Shown: piece by piece, positions 24,457-31,505 of the stretch | Position numbering within the stretch: position 1 is the stretch's first letter | How the letters are laid out: every line of letters starts with the position of its first letter | From: an uncultured Lachnospiraceae bacterium | GTDB taxonomy: Bacteria > Bacillota > Clostridia > Lachnospirales > Lachnospiraceae | DNA: 64,000 bases | Direction: 5' to 3' | Assembly: GCA_937877165.1 (NCBI GenBank) | Contig: CALEFO010000194.1 | Coordinates: 45,123-109,122 of the forward strand | The notes under the pieces: model-generated | What the model was told of the DNA's origin: nothing | What the model saw: the letters and a program-made list of their open reading frames with translations, nothing else | Databases searched by the model: none | Program-made: the position numbers and the translations under genes

Positions 24457-25893
24457 ATGAAATCCGTTGCGATTTACTGCCGCGTCTCCACACAGGAGCA
24501 GGCCGCAGAAGGCTACTCCATCGGAGAACAGCAGTCCCGGCTTACGAAATTTTGCGAGGCGCACGACTGGAAGGTCGCGCATGTCTACTCGGATCCCGGC
24601 TATTCCGGTGCCAAATTGCAGCGTCCGGCCATCCAGCAGCTCATCCGTGACTGCTCCTATGGTCTTTTTGATGCTGTCCTTGTATATAAGCTGGACCGTC
24701 TCTCCCGCTCCCAGAAGGATACCCTGTATCTCATCGAGGACATTTTCAACGCCAACCACGTCGGTCTTGTATCGATGTGTGAGAATTTCGACACGCAAAG
24801 TCCTTTCGGCCGGGCGATGATCGGCATTCTGTCCGTCTTTGCGCAGCTGGAGCGTGACCAGATCACGGAGCGCATGACAATGGGCCGGATCGGCCGTGCC
24901 AAGGCCGGTTATTTCTCCGGCGGATCACGTCCGCCGATCGGCTACACCTACGCCAAGGCCCCCGGATCGGACAAGCAGATCCTTGTCATCGATGATTACG
25001 AAGCTGTGCAGGTTCGCAGGGTCTTCGCCATGTTTCTTGATGGTTTCACACTGAAAGAGATCTGCCGCTATATGCACAATCACTATAAGACCCGATACGG
25101 TGACTGGTCCCACGTGTCTACGGTTTCACGAATCCTGCGGGACCGGATCTATATCGGCGAGGTCAGCTTCTCCGGCAAGTGGTACCGCGGCACGCATGAG
25201 CCTATCATCGATCAGGATACCTTCGACCGTGTGCAAAGGAAATACGACCTGTATCTCGGCACCACTGCGGGGACCTTCTCGCAGAATTTCAAGGGATCAC
25301 AGCTGCTTACAGGTATGGTTTTCTGCGGTCAGTGCGGGGCTCACTGTCACACGAAGTCATGGCGTAACCACGGCAAGCACGCGGCCCCTGACGCTCCCAT
25401 GAAAAGGGTATACCGCTGCTCTCATGGCGACGGCATCCGGATTCCTGTGCAGGATCTGGACCGGCTTGTCACCGCAGAGGTGCAAAAGCTCTCCATGGAT
25501 CCGGAGCTGATCCGCCGTGCTGCTGTTCCTGCTGCCGCTTCTGCCTCTTCTTCCGAAGCCATCGATGCAATCCGGTCACGCCTTGCCGATCTGCGCAGAC
25601 AGGAAAGCAAGCTGGTGGATCTGTACCAGATCGGCGGCATCGATCTGCAGATGATCAAGAGCCGGATGGACGATCTGCATCAGGAGCAGGAGAAGCTGTC
25701 CGCAAGCCTTACGGAAGAATCCTCTTCCCGCGCGGCGCTCTCTGCGGATGACGCCATCGATGCCCTGGCGTCCTTCCCGTCTGTCTTCTCCTCCGGCTCT
25801 TTGCAGGAGAAACGGCAGATTCTCCTGACACTGATTGATAAGATCGTGATCTATCCAGACCACATAGATATTCATTGGACCTTCACGGCATAA
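24457..25893 (+). CDS. Large serine recombinase (integrase)
   Basis: AIYCRVSTQEQ catalytic-serine motif, a resolvase domain, a recombinase domain, a Cys-rich zinc ribbon (CGQCGAHCH...YRCSHG) and a coiled coil. Confidence 0.95.
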   Translation: MKSVAIYCRVSTQEQAAEGYSIGEQQSRLTKFCEAHDWKVAHVYSDPGYSGAKLQRPAIQQLIRDCSYGLFDAVLVYKLDRLSRSQKDTLYLIEDIFNANHVGLVSMCENFDTQSPFGRAMIGILSVFAQLERDQITERMTMGRIGRAKAGYFSGGSRPPIGYTYAKAPGSDKQILVIDDYEAVQVRRVFAMFLDGFTLKEICRYMHNHYKTRYGDWSHVSTVSRILRDRIYIGEVSFSGKWYRGTHEPIIDQDTFDRVQRKYDLYLGTTAGTFSQNFKGSQLLTGMVFCGQCGAHCHTKSWRNHGKHAAPDAPMKRVYRCSHGDGIRIPVQDLDRLVTAEVQKLSMDPELIRRAAVPAAASASSSEAIDAIRSRLADLRRQESKLVDLYQIGGIDLQMIKSRMDDLHQEQEKLSASLTEESSSRAALSADDAIDALASFPSVFSSGSLQEKRQILLTLIDKIVIYPDHIDIHWTFTA

Positions 25894-25923
25894 AAAGAGG
25901 AGACGGTGTTATCCGTCTCCTCT
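25893..25923. terminator. Hairpin terminator, copy 1 of a 31-bp direct repeat
   Basis: AAAAGAGGAGACGGTGTTATCCGTCTCCTCT. A T-tract follows on the minus strand, so it terminates the NYN gene. Confidence 0.7.
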
Positions 25924-25927
25924 CTGC

Positions 25928-26590
25928 TTATTTATAGCAATTATCACATGTTCTTAAGCCATCAATGTGTTCAAAAAGATCTTCTTTTATATTTGCTCCC
26001 AGCGGGTCAAGTACAACATCTATTCCTTCTCTCCTTGCCAGCTTCGCCGCCGACACAAAATCACTATCTCCAGAAATCAGTACAATCTGATCCACCTGCT
26101 TCTTATATGCCAGTGATGCAATATCAAGGCCAATTTTCATATCTACGCCTTTTTGATCCACTTGTATCATAAAATCTTTTTCACCGACATCCGAAATTTG
26201 CATACTCCCATTGAACAATTTCTTTACGATATCAGGTCGCAATGTATACAGTGCCTGCGCATCCGCCAATTTTCCCATTCTCAATGCGACTTTCCTTTTC
26301 TTTTTTAATTCATTCAGGAAGTCTGTCATCCATGTATATAAGTCCGACTTTCCAAAGTCAACTGTTCGCTTCAGATACGGATGAAAAACCTTTTTACTCA
26401 TTGGCGGACAGTCATAATAGAAAATGCGATATAAGTCATGCTCGACCTTAGAATCACCATGTCTTTCGCGTAAATGCCTGTGACAATAACTTACCAGTTC
26501 ATCTGCCCGCTCTTTCGGGGGCAATTCACCTATTTTTGCCTGTGCACGTCTTCTGTAAAATCCCCCATCGACAAGAATTGCAGTTTTCAT
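25928..26590 (-). CDS. NYN-domain (LabA/DUF88-like) predicted ribonuclease
   Basis: AILVDGGF at the N-terminus and QKGVDMKIGLDIASLAYKKQVDQIVLISGDSDFVSAAKLARREG. AT-richer than the backbone. Confidence 0.8.
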   Translation of the reverse strand: MKTAILVDGGFYRRRAQAKIGELPPKERADELVSYCHRHLRERHGDSKVEHDLYRIFYYDCPPMSKKVFHPYLKRTVDFGKSDLYTWMTDFLNELKKKRKVALRMGKLADAQALYTLRPDIVKKLFNGSMQISDVGEKDFMIQVDQKGVDMKIGLDIASLAYKKQVDQIVLISGDSDFVSAAKLARREGIDVVLDPLGANIKEDLFEHIDGLRTCDNCYK

Positions 26591-26605
26591 CTTTCCCCCA
26601 ATATA

Positions 26606-26660
26606 CTAAAAACCTCGGGGTCGGTCTTGCCCTTATCGTGGGAGACTTACTGCCGAGGTA
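26606..26660 (-). terminator. Long imperfect hairpin plus U5 inside the NYN 5' leader (attenuator-like)
   Basis: Minus strand ACCTCGG...GTCTCCC-acgataa-GGGcaAGAC...CCGAGGT TTTTT. Ends 9 nt before the RBS GGGGGAAAG. Confidence 0.5.
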
Positions 26661-26700
26661 CTATTAACAACCATTTCTGGTTTACGCTGTGCGCACATTT

Positions 26701-26729
26701 CTTATAACATATATTTTCATTCTTTGCAA
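26701..26729 (-). promoter_or_regulatory. Near-consensus sigma-70-type promoter for the NYN gene
   Basis: Minus strand TTGCAA, 17-nt spacer, then TGT-TATAAG (an extended -10). Confidence 0.55.
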
Positions 26730-26760
26730 CGGTCTTTGGTAACTTTCAGCATTTCAAAAC

Positions 26761-26791
26761 AAAAGAGGAGACGGTGTTATCCGTCTCCTCT
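26761..26791. terminator. Bidirectional hairpin terminator, copy 2 of the 31-bp direct repeat
   Basis: Identical 31-mer to 25893..25923, flanked by A/T tracts on both sides. Confidence 0.7.
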
Positions 26792-26803
26792 TTTGTTATG
26801 GAC

Positions 26804-26817
26804 TTGCGCTGGCGCAA
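26804..26817. repeat. 14-bp quasi-palindrome TTGCGC-TG-GCGCAA
   Basis: Its reverse complement occurs at 27945..27958. Confidence 0.5.
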
Positions 26818-26877
26818 ATCTTGTTTTTCCTTGTATTTCCGGGTTTTTTTAGTATCCCATACCTGCGCCCTGGGGCT

Positions 26878-26925
26878 GTGTCGAAGTGTTTGCAGGCTCT
26901 TTGATACCTGCAAACACCTAGACAC
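26878..26925. other. 48-bp imperfect dyad, candidate attP core for the serine integrase
   Basis: GTGTCgaaGTGTTTGCAGG-ctctttgata-CCTGCAAACACctaGACAC. 17 of 19 arm positions are complementary. Lies in non-coding DNA between the integrase and the lysis genes. Confidence 0.35.
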
Positions 26926-26953
26926 AGGTGCATATAATTAAGTAGAAACTGAC

Positions 26954-27064
26954 TCATTTTTCACCGGCAATATAGCTTTCCATCAGCCTTGTGATGACTG
27001 CAGCCTGACTCTCGCCACGCTCCCGGCAGGCATCCGCAAAGTGGTCCGTGATATCCCTTTTCAT
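26954..27064 (-). CDS. Possible 36-aa RHH-like remnant ORF
   Basis: Hand translation: MKRDITDHFADACRERGESQAAVITRLMESYIAGEK. Weak RBS and sits after a terminator. Confidence 0.25.
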   Translation of the reverse strand: MKRDITDHFADACRERGESQAAVITRLMESYIAGEK

Positions 27065-27084
27065 GTCAACATTATTCTTTCCGA

Positions 27085-27118
27085 AAATAAAAAAAGACCG
27101 TCACCCGAAGGCGACGGC
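27085..27118 (-). terminator. Rho-independent terminator after the DUF2335 gene
   Basis: Minus strand CCGTCGCC-ttcg-GGTGACGG followed by TCTTTTTTTATTTT. Confidence 0.65.
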
Positions 27119-27130
27119 CCAATAAACCAT

Positions 27131-27616
27131 TTATTTTGATCTTGTTCCCTTTACGATAGACACTGCAATGGTCCCAACTCCGGATACTCCGAACACCCCT
27201 CCTAGGACCGTTCCTCCTATGTTTGGAACATTCAAAGCCACCACGATTCCCGCTACAAGAGCGACTACTCCTAGTCCAAGCCCTGCCAAAATTCCGATAA
27301 GGCTATCTCTGGAACACATATGCAATTGTTTATTATCCATCTCATGTCGATGATTTTGTTCCTGTTCAGCCATTTGCAGAATGCGTTCGGCGGCTCCCGG
27401 AAGCACCTTTTCATATTGTCCGAATGCTGATGGTGCTGGTAATGGGCCGCTGTAGAACATTTCCATCTGCTGAACGATGGCATTTTTGTTTTCTTCCGGA
27501 ATATCGCTTTTCTTTACAGAATCAATAAGTTCGCTTTGCTGATCGCTTTCCGCTGACTTATCTATATTCTTCTCTGGAGAAGCGTTCAATTCCTTTTCTG
27601 AGGTCATTTCCGACAT
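27131..27616 (-). CDS. DUF2335-family membrane protein
   Basis: YSGPLPAPSAFGQYEKVLPGAAERILQMAEQEQNHRHEMD, followed by two Gly-rich hydrophobic segments. Confidence 0.75.
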   Translation of the reverse strand: MSEMTSEKELNASPEKNIDKSAESDQQSELIDSVKKSDIPEENKNAIVQQMEMFYSGPLPAPSAFGQYEKVLPGAAERILQMAEQEQNHRHEMDNKQLHMCSRDSLIGILAGLGLGVVALVAGIVVALNVPNIGGTVLGGVFGVSGVGTIAVSIVKGTRSK

Positions 27617-27752
27617 TGATCCAATCTCCCCTTAATGCCTGGTAATCCTTCCTCATTCCGGTGTATGCATCCGGCTCTTTTCTCTCCTCGTGAGACGGGA
27701 AAAGATCTGCAGACCTCGCCATTCCAGAAATAAAACTCTTGCTGAAACGCAT
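27558..27752 (-). CDS. Hypothetical protein (64 aa) overlapping the DUF2335 gene by 59 nt
   Basis: Strong RBS AAGGAGGTG 5 nt upstream of the ATG. Confidence 0.55.
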   Translation of the reverse strand: MRFSKSFISGMARSADLFPSHEERKEPDAYTGMRKDYQALRGDWINVGNDLRKGIERFSREEYR

Positions 27753-27829
27753 AACCTCACCTCCTTAACGTACGCTATAGTGCGATAAGTAGTATTTAGT
27801 ATATGACATTTCGTTCTGCTTTTCTATAC

Positions 27830-27931
27830 TCAATCCAGCATCATGCTGCCTGCTGCTACAAAGACAGCCATGCCGATCATCCACAGGCTCCCAAACACAA
27901 CAGCCGCTACCGCGGTTACAATCACGCCCAT
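27830..27931 (-). CDS. 33-aa hydrophobic peptide downstream of the endolysin
   Basis: Hand translation: MGVIVTAVAAVVFGSLWMIGMAVFVAAGSMMLD. RBS AGGAGG. Confidence 0.5.
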   Translation of the reverse strand: MGVIVTAVAAVVFGSLWMIGMAVFVAAGSMMLD

Positions 27932-27944
27932 TATTTCCTCCTGA

Positions 27945-27958
27945 TTGCGCCAGCGCAA
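27945..27958. repeat. 14-bp quasi-palindrome TTGCGC-CA-GCGCAA
   Basis: Reverse complement of 26804..26817. Lies between the endolysin stop and the RBS of the 33-aa peptide. Confidence 0.5.
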
Positions 27959-27959
27959 T

Positions 27960-28679
27960 TCACTTTTTGATATAGGCCAGGCTCACCCATCCTGCTACGC
28001 CGGTAAGCTTGCCCCATCCAGCCTGTTCCTGCTCAATCGAAACCACCATCCCGGCCGGCAGGCGGAAATCCGCTCCGCTGATTTTGGCGACCGGATATTG
28101 TGTTCCTGCACCGGCCCGGACATTTAGATATGAGCTGACATTGACCACTCCTGCATATTGCTTCACGGCTTTTCCTCCTGCCTGGCTTCCTGCTGTCTGC
28201 TTTTCATGCTCCTCCCCGAATCCTACATATCGAAGGACCTTGTTCCATCCCTTCGGGTACTTGTAGTAGCTCCTCACGCAGATTTCACGGCCTGTCTGAT
28301 CACCGGTTCGGCCTCCGGTCGCCCGACCGTTTTCATTGATCGAAGCGTGGACAATCTGACCGGATCCGATGCTCATGGCCGTGTGGTGCTGTGTGTTCAG
28401 CAGCACATCACCTCGCTGCAGCCCCGCGCCGGTGTTCAGGTTTACCTCTGCTGTGACATCTTCAAAGCCGCATCTGAGGAAAGCCTGAAGCATGTTGCCG
28501 GTATATGTCGCGCCTGCTGCCTTTACGCCGACTCCAGCCTGCTGCCAGGCTGTGATAAGTAAGGCGCTGCAGTCATAGTCCGGTCCCCACCGGTGCACCT
28601 GATCGTATCCGTGGGACGAATCCTGCGCGATCTGTACCGCCCAGGTGACTGCCTTTTCAATCGTCTGTTTTGCTGTCAT
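27960..28679 (-). CDS. Endolysin: NlpC/P60- or CHAP-type cysteine peptidase plus C-terminal SH3b-like domain
   Basis: GPDYDCSALL (catalytic Cys) and GDVLLNTQHHTAM. C-terminal YLNVRAGAGTQYPV...GWGKL...GWVSLAYI looks SH3-like. Start set at MTAKQTIE; the track ORF extends to 28739. Confidence 0.75.
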   Translation of the reverse strand: MTAKQTIEKAVTWAVQIAQDSSHGYDQVHRWGPDYDCSALLITAWQQAGVGVKAAGATYTGNMLQAFLRCGFEDVTAEVNLNTGAGLQRGDVLLNTQHHTAMSIGSGQIVHASINENGRATGGRTGDQTGREICVRSYYKYPKGWNKVLRYVGFGEEHEKQTAGSQAGGKAVKQYAGVVNVSSYLNVRAGAGTQYPVAKISGADFRLPAGMVVSIEQEQAGWGKLTGVAGWVSLAYIKK

Positions 28680-29001
28680 CGCTCTTGTCCTCCGGATAAT
28701 CCCCCTTGCTGATGTGCATCTCCTGCACGGCTGCTTCAATTAATAAAGAGAGCTGCTCATCAGACATACTGATATGTAATTCATCGAGGGCAGCGCGGGC
28801 GGCCTTCATCGCGAACTCTTTCCGCTCTTCTCCTGACTTCTCCCACAGCGTCTGCTGCGCCGCAAGGACAGCCTTCCCGGCCTCGCTCTGTGCCAGCTTC
28901 TGCCTGATTGCTCTCGACACTACCGGAATCACATAGATGGCAAGAAGCCCGACACTCAGCCGGACCGCAAGCTCTACCACTCGAAATACATTCTCACTCA
29001 T
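28657..29001 (-). CDS. Holin-like protein (LL-H-type architecture)
   Basis: One N-terminal TM segment, then a long helical charged tail. Lies directly upstream of the endolysin. Confidence 0.55.
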   Translation of the reverse strand: MSENVFRVVELAVRLSVGLLAIYVIPVVSRAIRQKLAQSEAGKAVLAAQQTLWEKSGEERKEFAMKAARAALDELHISMSDEQLSLLIEAAVQEMHISKGDYPEDKSDDSKTDD

Positions 29002-29294
29002 TACCCTTCACCGTTCCTTTCATCATTCCGTTCATCGTATTCATTCGGATCCGCTTCAATATCCAGATCCACCTCATCCGCAGTCTCCGCCCGGCTCTGC
29101 CGCTTCTTCTTGTCCGTATGAATTCGCCAGCAGATGGCCGCCTCCGCCGTGGCAAACGCAAAGAAGCCGGTCACCAGAGCATCCGGTTCCATCCCGGTCA
29201 TGACAAAGACCTCAAAGACTTTTCGGATAAAAAGAATCGTCCCCACACCGATCAACGCAAGGACGATATCTGTACCGCATATTCTGTTTTTCAT
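29001..29294 (-). CDS. Two-TM small membrane protein in the lysis cassette
   Basis: Two hydrophobic segments and a highly acidic C-terminus. Confidence 0.55.
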   Translation of the reverse strand: MKNRICGTDIVLALIGVGTILFIRKVFEVFVMTGMEPDALVTGFFAFATAEAAICWRIHTDKKKRQSRAETADEVDLDIEADPNEYDERNDERNGEG

Positions 29295-29665
29295 GATGCC
29301 TCGCCGTTCTTCTTGCGGAGTTCCCAGTCCAGCACCTCCGCTTCATCTTCTGAGGCGATCCGGAGCTTCTGGCAGGCATCGTATCCGATCTTGCAGTCGC
29401 CGTTCCCGCCCAGATCCTTATAGGGGACATAAAGATATTCCAGATTCCGCTTTTCCTTCAGCGTGATTGCTCCTCGCTTCACGAAGCGGTCTGTGAGATA
29501 CAAGATCTTGTCATGTCCCAGACCGAGGATCATCCTGCTCTCTGCCGTGGATCTTGCGGCCTTCTGGTCCTTCTGCTGCCAGTGCCGGTTTAATCCCAGC
29601 GTGAGCAGGCTGCAGAAGGTTCCGGACCCGAAGATTCCCAGTATTACCGTTATTACTGTGTTCAT
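29291..29665 (-). CDS. N-terminally anchored membrane protein in the lysis cassette
   Basis: Hydrophobic N-terminus VITVILGIFGSGTFCSLLTLGL. Start/stop overlaps with neighbours. Confidence 0.55.
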   Translation of the reverse strand: MNTVITVILGIFGSGTFCSLLTLGLNRHWQQKDQKAARSTAESRMILGLGHDKILYLTDRFVKRGAITLKEKRNLEYLYVPYKDLGGNGDCKIGYDACQKLRIASEDEAEVLDWELRKKNGEAS

Positions 29666-29729
29666 TTTTCTGATTGTCCTTTCTTGGCCACTCGCTTGAC
29701 TGAATCTCGTTTATAATTACAATGTAATT

Positions 29730-30014
29730 ATGAATATGCTTCGTTTTGAGTGGGATGAAAACAAAAACTCCATAAACAAAAAGAAACACGGAGTTTCCTT
29801 CGAAGAAGCTTCTTCCGTGTTCTATGATGACAATGCTCTTGTCATAGATGACCCGGATCATTCTATTGAGGAAGATCGTTTCATTATTCTCGGAAACAGC
29901 AGCTCCGGAAAGCTCCTCATCGTCTGCCACTGCTACCGTGAATCTGATTCCGTCATTCGGATTATCTCCGCAAGAAAAGCAACTTCCACCGAATCCGAAC
30001 AATACTGGAGGTGA
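29730..30014 (+). CDS. brnT: BrnT-family (DUF497) toxin
   Basis: FEWDENKNSINKKKHGVSFEEASSVFYD....IISARKAT is the BrnT signature. Confidence 0.85.
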   Translation: MNMLRFEWDENKNSINKKKHGVSFEEASSVFYDDNALVIDDPDHSIEEDRFIILGNSSSGKLLIVCHCYRESDSVIRIISARKATSTESEQYWR

Positions 30015-30244
30015 TATGTATGAGAAACGAATATGATTTCACGAATGCCCGGAAGAATCCTTATACCAAGAATCTCAAAAAGCAAATTACCATAAATATC
30101 AATGCTGATACGATTGATTATTTCAAACATCAGTCAGAAGAATCCGGCATTCCTTATCAGACACTGATCAACCTGTATCTGACTGATTGTGCCCAGCAGA
30201 AGCGTGAACTTCACATTGAATGGAAGAAAACAGCCACGGTATAG
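30011..30244 (+). CDS. brnA: BrnA-family antitoxin
   Basis: YDFTNARKNPY...ININADTIDYFK...GIPYQTLINLYL. Overlaps the brnT stop. Confidence 0.8.
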   Translation: MICMRNEYDFTNARKNPYTKNLKKQITININADTIDYFKHQSEESGIPYQTLINLYLTDCAQQKRELHIEWKKTATV

Positions 30245-30257
30245 TCCGCGGCTGCTT

Positions 30258-30413
30258 TCATTTCTCCTCGTCTGTCACACCCATCAGCTGATTCCATGTC
30301 AGTGCCGGATAATCCGTTGTTTTCCGATACCCGGCAAGAAGCGTTTTGACTTTCTTAAAGATATCCGTGGCCAGCGCCTTATGTCCGGAGCTGTCCAATA
30401 CTTCCTTTGCCAT
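30258..30413 (-). CDS. Small protein (51 aa) ending in the LTWNQLMGVTDEE motif
   Basis: Start set at MAKEV, which has the RBS AAGGAGG. The track ORF extends to 30449. Confidence 0.55.
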   Translation of the reverse strand: MAKEVLDSSGHKALATDIFKKVKTLLAGYRKTTDYPALTWNQLMGVTDEEK

Positions 30414-30423
30414 GTCCGCCTCC

Positions 30424-31179
30424 TTAGCCGAAGACTGCGGTATAGGCATCGTCCACGGCAGTCTGGATCTCCGTATTGGTCATTGTCTTCATGTCGGATG
30501 TCTTTACATACCCGCTGAGGTCAATGTCTGTATTGCCGATCTTCTCCCACTTCTTTTCTGCATTCAGCCAGATATACTCATCAAAGCTGTCATTCGCATC
30601 AGAATGTGTGTGCGCCACATACCGGATATGCAGCATTGTGTCCGGATTGGACGGCGCCGCAGTGGGAACCGCCGAGGATACGATAATATCCACTCCCGCC
30701 TTTCCTGCCATCGCATTGTTGATTGCCGTCTTCACCTCATCCGCCGTCTGGAACTTACTATCATTTGTAAGTCCGGACACCTTTGTTGGAATGGTGATGC
30801 TGACCTTCCTGCCAGAATCCGGAACCAGATCCGTTCCGTTGACTGTCACCCCGACAATTACATTCTTCTCCGCTCCGGACAGTTTCCCGATTGCCGTAGC
30901 ATTGTCTCCGATCTGCTTATACTTCGCTGCAGTCAGAAGGCCATCCGCCGTTTCCGTCGCTGCTCCATATTTCGTATCATTGTCCGGAATCGTGATTTCC
31001 ATCGGATCACCCACGGACGGGGTTAAAATCAGCTTATGCTTATCCTTGGAATCTTGCGACAGTACATAGGTTGTATTGTCATTCAGGGTGCTCCCCTTCA
31101 GTTTCTGGAAAAGGTAATTGACCAGATAAATCAGCTGGTCATAATCAATTCTCTTGTATTCCTGCTCCGCCATTGTCAT
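30424..31179 (-). CDS. Tail-fibre-like / distal tail protein (251 aa)
   Basis: Position in the tail module. Thr/Ser/Gly-rich, fibre-like composition. Confidence 0.55.
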   Translation of the reverse strand: MTMAEQEYKRIDYDQLIYLVNYLFQKLKGSTLNDNTTYVLSQDSKDKHKLILTPSVGDPMEITIPDNDTKYGAATETADGLLTAAKYKQIGDNATAIGKLSGAEKNVIVGVTVNGTDLVPDSGRKVSITIPTKVSGLTNDSKFQTADEVKTAINNAMAGKAGVDIIVSSAVPTAAPSNPDTMLHIRYVAHTHSDANDSFDEYIWLNAEKKWEKIGNTDIDLSGYVKTSDMKTMTNTEIQTAVDDAYTAVFG

Positions 31180-31505
31180 TCACCTCCGAAAATCTCTTTA
31201 AACTGTTTGTCCACAAGTTCCTTGATTTCTGAATTTGTAATCGTTTTTTCGCCATAATCTTCCAGTGTTTTCTCACCTTTGATTACAACACCATTGAGCT
31301 TCGGGATATTCCGCAGCTCTTCATAGTCCTTCGTGCCGCCTTCCAGATAGGCCTCTGTCGTTCCATTTACATCCGTAACCTTGAGTTTCGCGCCGCCTTC
31401 TACCTGCTCTACCGTGGCTTTCGGCGAAATTGCGTCTGTAATGGTTTCCTGTACCTCTTCTACCGGAATGATGGCTTCACTTCCGAAAAAGTCTCCCTCA
31501 TTCAT
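31176..31505 (-). CDS. Hypothetical tail-associated protein (109 aa)
   Basis: Start set at MNEGDFF, which forms an ATGA overlap with the upstream stop. Confidence 0.5.
   Translation of the reverse strand: MNEGDFFGSEAIIPVEEVQETITDAISPKATVEQVEGGAKLKVTDVNGTTEAYLEGGTKDYEELRNIPKLNGVVIKGEKTLEDYGEKTITNSEIKELVDKQFKEIFGGE

Noticed and set aside
24301-24798. 165-aa minus-strand ORF overlapping the 5' end of the integrase gene.
   Set aside because: It is antisense to the serine recombinase catalytic domain. Its composition is shadow-ORF-like.
26591-26700. Resemblance of the NYN leader 5' part (GCGCACAGCGUAAACCAGAAAUGGUU) to the first half of the c-di-GMP-I (GEMM-I) riboswitch (..CGCACAGGGCAAACC-hairpin with GAAA loop..).
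   Set aside because: The highly conserved second-half element (GACGCAAAGC) is absent and the key G in GGCAAACC is changed. From sequence alone this is not a GEMM-I call. An Rfam covariance search would settle it.
27795-27804. The shared 10-mer TATACTAAAT, at 19443..19452 on the plus strand and 27795..27804 on the minus strand.
   Set aside because: A single 10-mer coincidence in 43 kb on both strands is close to chance expectation. It probably just reflects two -10-like elements.
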